This document shows positions 59,936 through 64,000 of a DNA stretch of 64,000 bases, piece by piece. The stretch is from an uncultured bacterium. Lineage in GTDB: Bacteria; Verrucomicrobiota; Verrucomicrobiia; Limisphaerales; UBA8199. Location: positions 448,001 through 512,000 of the forward strand of contig CAVVMW010000022.1 in NCBI GenBank assembly GCA_963749495.1. The letters are read 5' to 3'. The position numbers and the translations under genes are program-made. How positions within the stretch are numbered: position 1 is the stretch's first letter; every line of letters starts with the position of its first letter. The notes below the pieces were generated by a model. That model saw only the letters and a list, made by a program, of their open reading frames with translations. It was not told the origin of the DNA and ran no database searches.

Positions 59936-61468
59936 CTAATGCGTTGCGCCCGGCGGGGAGTTCGGCACGAAGCTCTCGGCGCTGTTGGGATCGCCGCTGC
60001 CTTTATAGACGGCGCGCTGGGGGTAGGGGTAAAGCGGCCGAGTCATAACTACTCTCCCGTGCTCGCTCCTGGAGGCGATGAGTTTGTCGGGGGCTTTGGC
60101 GTGTTCGACCCAATCGACGACGACCGAAAGCCAATCCACGTCACTCGCGCCCGGACCGCCGCCGCAGTGAAGACAGCCCGGCACCATGAAGAGCCGGCAA
60201 TAGTCGGCGGCGCGCGGGTCGCGGGCCTGCACCTGGCGGTAATAGTCGGCCGTTGCCTGGGCCGGCAGGGCGGTATCGGCCCATCCGTGCCACAGGATGA
60301 GTTTGCCTTTGCGCGCCTTGAGGGCATCCAGATCCGGGTTGGTCGCGTTGAGGAAGGAAGCGGCCAGCCGGGTGTCTCGCTCGAAATTGGAAAAGTCGTA
60401 GGTCGAATAATCCCAATCGGGCTTGTCCAGGATCAAGAACTTGAAGATCTGCGTGCCGAAGGCAAACGAGAGATCGGGGACATGGTCTTTGGCCAGGAAC
60501 GGGGGCACAGGGCCCACCAGCCAGGCTATCCATTGGTCCGGGACGCATTCTGCGGTTGGGGCAAATCCGGGGTAGATAGGCCCTTGGTTATTGCGCGCCC
60601 CCTGGTAGATGGCTTGGATGGCCTTGCGCTGTTCGTCCGAGAGCCCCGTCACCTTGGACAGGTCGAAATGGACTGAGGGCGGGTCCTGGATGATCCCATC
60701 CTTGAGGCCATCCTGGGCATCGCATTGCTTGAGAATTGCCTCCTGTAGCTTCTGCAGCGCCTCCTTGGTGAGCACCGTGCTGTCGAGATGCGCGGGATCC
60801 GGGTAAAGCGCTTTGGCAATCGCGACCATGGTCGCCGCTATCCCGGTCCAGTCAAAGGCGGGGGCGCCCGCCACGATGCCGTCGAAGTCCTTGGGATAGC
60901 GCTGGGCCTCCATCATGGCCTGGCCGCCGCCCCTCGAGCAGCCCACGAAGTAGCAGTACGCCGCCTGGGCACCGTAGTAAGCGCGGATGAGGGCCTTGGC
61001 CACCTCGGCCGTCCGGTGCACGGCCAGGTAGCCGAAGTTCACTTGCGCCTCCAGGTTGTCCCGCGCCCAACCGGCCATATAGCCGGTCGGCCACTGGTGG
61101 CCGGTGTCAGTGCCCACGGTGGCATAGCCGCGGTTGACCGAATCCCGGGCCGCGTTCTGGACCGTGCCGACGAAGCCCCCGCCCCCGCCCATGACGAATC
61201 GTCCGTTCCATGCATCCGGCAGCAACAGCTCAAAACGGATGTTGCCGCCGATGATCCCCTTCACCTCAACGCAGGCCGCCGCATGAGGATTTTTCTGCAG
61301 GTCCGGCGCCACGGACGCCGCCGATTCCAGGACCACGTCCGGCAGGTTCAGGTGCCTCAGGTCGTCCACGCTCAGGCGATTCGTCGATTGCCCCGTGGCC
61401 AAAGCGGCGCCACACAAGACGATGAGACCGGCCAGAAGGCCTCGATTCAGGGTAGTTGCTCTTTTCAT
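59936..61468 (-). CDS. Secreted tannase/feruloyl esterase family alpha/beta hydrolase
   Basis: WNGRF...GGGG, TDTGH, GCSRGG nucleophile, DFDGIVAGAPA, HGWAD, PGCLHCGGG, TRPLYPYP. Confidence 0.94.
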   Translation of the reverse strand: MKRATTLNRGLLAGLIVLCGAALATGQSTNRLSVDDLRHLNLPDVVLESAASVAPDLQKNPHAAACVEVKGIIGGNIRFELLLPDAWNGRFVMGGGGGFVGTVQNAARDSVNRGYATVGTDTGHQWPTGYMAGWARDNLEAQVNFGYLAVHRTAEVAKALIRAYYGAQAAYCYFVGCSRGGGQAMMEAQRYPKDFDGIVAGAPAFDWTGIAATMVAIAKALYPDPAHLDSTVLTKEALQKLQEAILKQCDAQDGLKDGIIQDPPSVHFDLSKVTGLSDEQRKAIQAIYQGARNNQGPIYPGFAPTAECVPDQWIAWLVGPVPPFLAKDHVPDLSFAFGTQIFKFLILDKPDWDYSTYDFSNFERDTRLAASFLNATNPDLDALKARKGKLILWHGWADTALPAQATADYYRQVQARDPRAADYCRLFMVPGCLHCGGGPGASDVDWLSVVVDWVEHAKAPDKLIASRSEHGRVVMTRPLYPYPQRAVYKGSGDPNSAESFVPNSPPGATH

Positions 61469-61782
61469 GCAGGGCGGCAGGATCGCCCCCCGCCCCGCTG
61501 GCCGCAAGCCAAAAGCGGAGGCGTCCATTACGGCGCGCCCCTTTCTTGCATCCACATCCCGTCGGGGTTGCCGTTTAGCGAGGCTTCATTCTCGTGCGCC
61601 CAAATCCGGCAAGACCGCGGTCTTCATGGATGGGCATGTCACTCCGCTCGGAGCATCCTCCGACTGAGACGGTGGAGCTGCTTGCGGTCAACGGGTCTGC
61701 CCCATTGCGGGCTGGCGGTGGGGAAAAGTTTTCCTTCCATTTATGGGGCGGGCGCGCATACTGATTTGGCAAACGGCTCACG

Positions 61783-62643
61783 ATGACAGCGAACGCGTTT
61801 CTCGACAACCTGCAGACGCATGCGGCCTCCTTTGCGAAGGCGGTGGCGACGAATGAGGGGGAATGGATCATCAAGGGGTTCATCAACGTGTATAAGCGGA
61901 TTTATACCATTTCTGTGGATACGAGGATCGTATCCAAGGTGCTCGAACTGCTGCTTTTCCCGATGCTCGCGGAGTTCGCCCGAAGGCAGGGCCTGAAGCT
62001 GGAGTTGTCCCCACAACAGAACTTCTACCCGGACCTCACCTTCATTCACGAGGCAACCGGACGGAAGTTCGCGGTGGACATCAAGAGCACCTACCGCGTC
62101 ACCGAGGCCGAAGCCAACGGGATGACCCTTGGGGCATTCACCGGCTATTTCAGGCATCGAGAGAGCGCCAAGAACACGAAGTATCCGTACGGCCAATACT
62201 CGGGGCATTTTGTGCTCGGGGTGATTTACTCGAAATGCGAAAATGTGGCTGATGAGCGAAAGCAGTTCACGCTGGCGGATTTGGCCAGGATACCCTCCGT
62301 TATCAAGGACTTTCAGTTCTTCGCGCAACCGAAATATCGGGTGGCATCTTAGCGACCCGGGAGCGGGAACACGAAGAACATCGGTTCAGTGACGGGCATC
62401 CAGCAGTTGGTCAATGGCACCGGCTCCTTCGCCGAGTTGGGCGAGGAGGTCTATGATGATTACTGGATGTATTACCTGACCCGCGACATGGCGGATGCGT
62501 TGAGGGTGAAGCGGCCTTACACAAACCTAAAGGAGTATCTCGAGTATAAAAAGCGCGGCATCGAAACGCTGAGGACCCACGAAAAGGAAATCGCGGAGAA
62601 GGCAGAGCAGGAAACGCCTACACAAGAGGAGGAGCCGGATTGA
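61783..62643 (+). pseudogene. EcoRV-family type II restriction endonuclease with in-frame TAG at 62350-62352
   Basis: DT.IVSKVLE, QQNFYPDLTF, AVDIKSTYR, TLGAFTGYFR; after the stop the same frame reads RPGSGNTKNIGS (EcoRV recognition loop). Confidence 0.85.
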
Positions 62644-63548
62644 GCACGCCACCGTTAGTTCCGCCCCTCAAATGCCAGGGCATCAAGACGAAATTGGCCG
62701 GAGAAATCCGGCGCATTGCCCAGACGCAGCGCTTCGAGCGCTGGGTCGAGCCATTTTGCGGGTCGTGCGTGGTGGCACTGAACGTGCAGCCGGCGCGAGC
62801 GCTGCTGTGTGACTCCAATGTGCACATCATCCGGCTCTACCAGGACATCCAGGCCGGCCAAGTGACTCCCGGGCTGGCACGCGAGTTTCTGACGGCGCAG
62901 GGTGAGAAGCTGAGCGCCGGGGGGGAGGATTATTATTACGCCGTACGGCAGAGGTTTAACCTCCAGCCGTCCTCGCTGGATCTTCTCTTTCTTAACCGGT
63001 CGTGCTTCAACGGGGTGATGAGGTTCAACCGAAAGGGCGAATTCAACGTCCCATACTGCCACAAGAAGGACCGGTTTGCCCAGGCCTACGTGACCAAAAT
63101 CGTTAACCAGATCAGGCGAATCGCGGAGGTGGTAGCGATGCGGGACTGGACTTTCTTGGCCGCCGACTTCCGCGAGACACTGGGAAAGGTGGGGTCACGG
63201 GATTTCGTTTATGCAGACCCACCTTACGCGGGACGGCACGTGGATTATTTCAATTCCTGGTCGGCAGCAGACGAGGAGAGCCTCGCGAGGCTGCTGAAGG
63301 GGCTGCCTTGCGGATTCATCCTGTCAACGTGGCACAGCAACGAATTCCGGACGAACGCGACCATCGGCAGCGTCTGGAGTTGCCCGGGATTCCACGTGCT
63401 GACACGGGAGCATTTTTACCACGTCGGCTCCTCCGAAGACCTGCGGCACGCCATGGTCGAAGCGCTCATTACGAATTTCGCGGCCGGGCGGGATGAACCG
63501 CCGCCCCTCAGGGCCTCGGAGCAGTTGGCGTTTTTCGAGCGCGCGTGA
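62640..63548 (+). CDS. Dam/M.EcoRV-type N6-adenine DNA methyltransferase
   Basis: PPLKCQGIKTKL, WVEPFCGS.VV, FLNRSCFNG.MRFN.KG.FNVP, YADPPY. Confidence 0.95.
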   Translation: MSTPPLVPPLKCQGIKTKLAGEIRRIAQTQRFERWVEPFCGSCVVALNVQPARALLCDSNVHIIRLYQDIQAGQVTPGLAREFLTAQGEKLSAGGEDYYYAVRQRFNLQPSSLDLLFLNRSCFNGVMRFNRKGEFNVPYCHKKDRFAQAYVTKIVNQIRRIAEVVAMRDWTFLAADFRETLGKVGSRDFVYADPPYAGRHVDYFNSWSAADEESLARLLKGLPCGFILSTWHSNEFRTNATIGSVWSCPGFHVLTREHFYHVGSSEDLRHAMVEALITNFAAGRDEPPPLRASEQLAFFERA

Positions 63549-63715
63549 GGGGTCCACGTGAATTAGGGCGCGCGGAGTGTTAACGCAGGATGGGGAAGGT
63601 AGCGCACGGGTCAATGGGAGGTCCGCCTCGACAAAGGTGGCGACAAAGGCGCGGCGGACCCTGGGGGCGCGCTACCCGATAGTGAGGCTGCGGGCGCCTT
63701 GGGAGCGCGGGAGGG

Positions 63716-64000
63716 TCAGGAGGGGATGGGGTACTGCGAGATGGCCTTCATGTATTGGGCGCGCTCGAAGGCGCTGGGGTCGGCGCAGTTTTTCTGGCTG
63801 AGGCTGCCTTTGAGCTGGGCGACGGACTCGTATTCGTGTTCTTCCATCCAAGCGACGAGGTCGCGTTCGATGACACCGATTTGGCGCGGGCCGTGGCGGA
63901 TAATGGCGGAGCAGAGCATCGCCACGTCGGCCCCGGCCATGAGGACCTTGAGGACGTCGGTGCCGCGATGGATGCCGCTGGTGGCGGCAAGGCTGGGGCG
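63716..64000 (-). CDS. Dihydroorotate dehydrogenase-like protein, C-terminal part (runs off the window)
   Basis: LAATSGIH...DVLK.LMAGADV...S...HG...WMEEHEYESV.QLKGS.SQ..C.DP.AFER..Y. Confidence 0.88.
   Translation of the reverse strand, partial: RPSLAATSGIHRGTDVLKVLMAGADVAMLCSAIIRHGPRQIGVIERDLVAWMEEHEYESVAQLKGSLSQKNCADPSAFERAQYMKAISQYPIPS

Noticed and set aside
62350..62352. Genome-wide TAG recoding
   Set aside because: TAG terminates normal genes in this window (e.g. yhbY at 9865-9867) and no other gene shows an internal TAG

Overview
GC-rich bacterial chromosome segment whose gene content points to Verrucomicrobiota, probably subdivision 3 (inference). Supporting features are PEP-CTERM, ECF sigma/Ser-Thr kinase-WD40 pairs, a prepilin-like H-X9-DG protein, CRTAC1/ASPIC and CotH surface proteins, and Tat-exported enzymes. 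Many otherwise intact genes carry single-base indels, which looks like long-read sequencing error. Housekeeping content: yhbY, a stand-alone C-terminal carB, a PPi-type phosphofructokinase, tRNA-Leu(GAG) and a DHODH-like gene at the right edge. Most notable accessory observations: (1) an ECF sigma / small ORF / unannotated 58-aa Gly-Gly-leader, Ser/Thr-Pro-rich peptide / tri-domain glycosyltransferase / Ser-Thr kinase / methyltransferase cluster, a candidate glycopeptide (RiPP-like) or peptide-modification system; (2) an ORF-less group II intron with an apparent non-canonical 5' end, inserted in a repeat that flanks a GxxExxY gene, with a visible EBS1-IBS1 match; (3) a radical SAM-SPASM / 2TM protein / aromatic-amino-acid-type ABC importer operon; (4) a thrice-repeated putative ECF promoter; (5) a 5'-half tRNA-Ile2 att-like site beside an integrase remnant; (6) a toxin-antitoxin graveyard after tRNA-Leu; (7) an EcoRV-like R-M system whose nuclease has an in-frame amber stop. 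Many REP-like palindrome families and short tandem repeats are scattered throughout.
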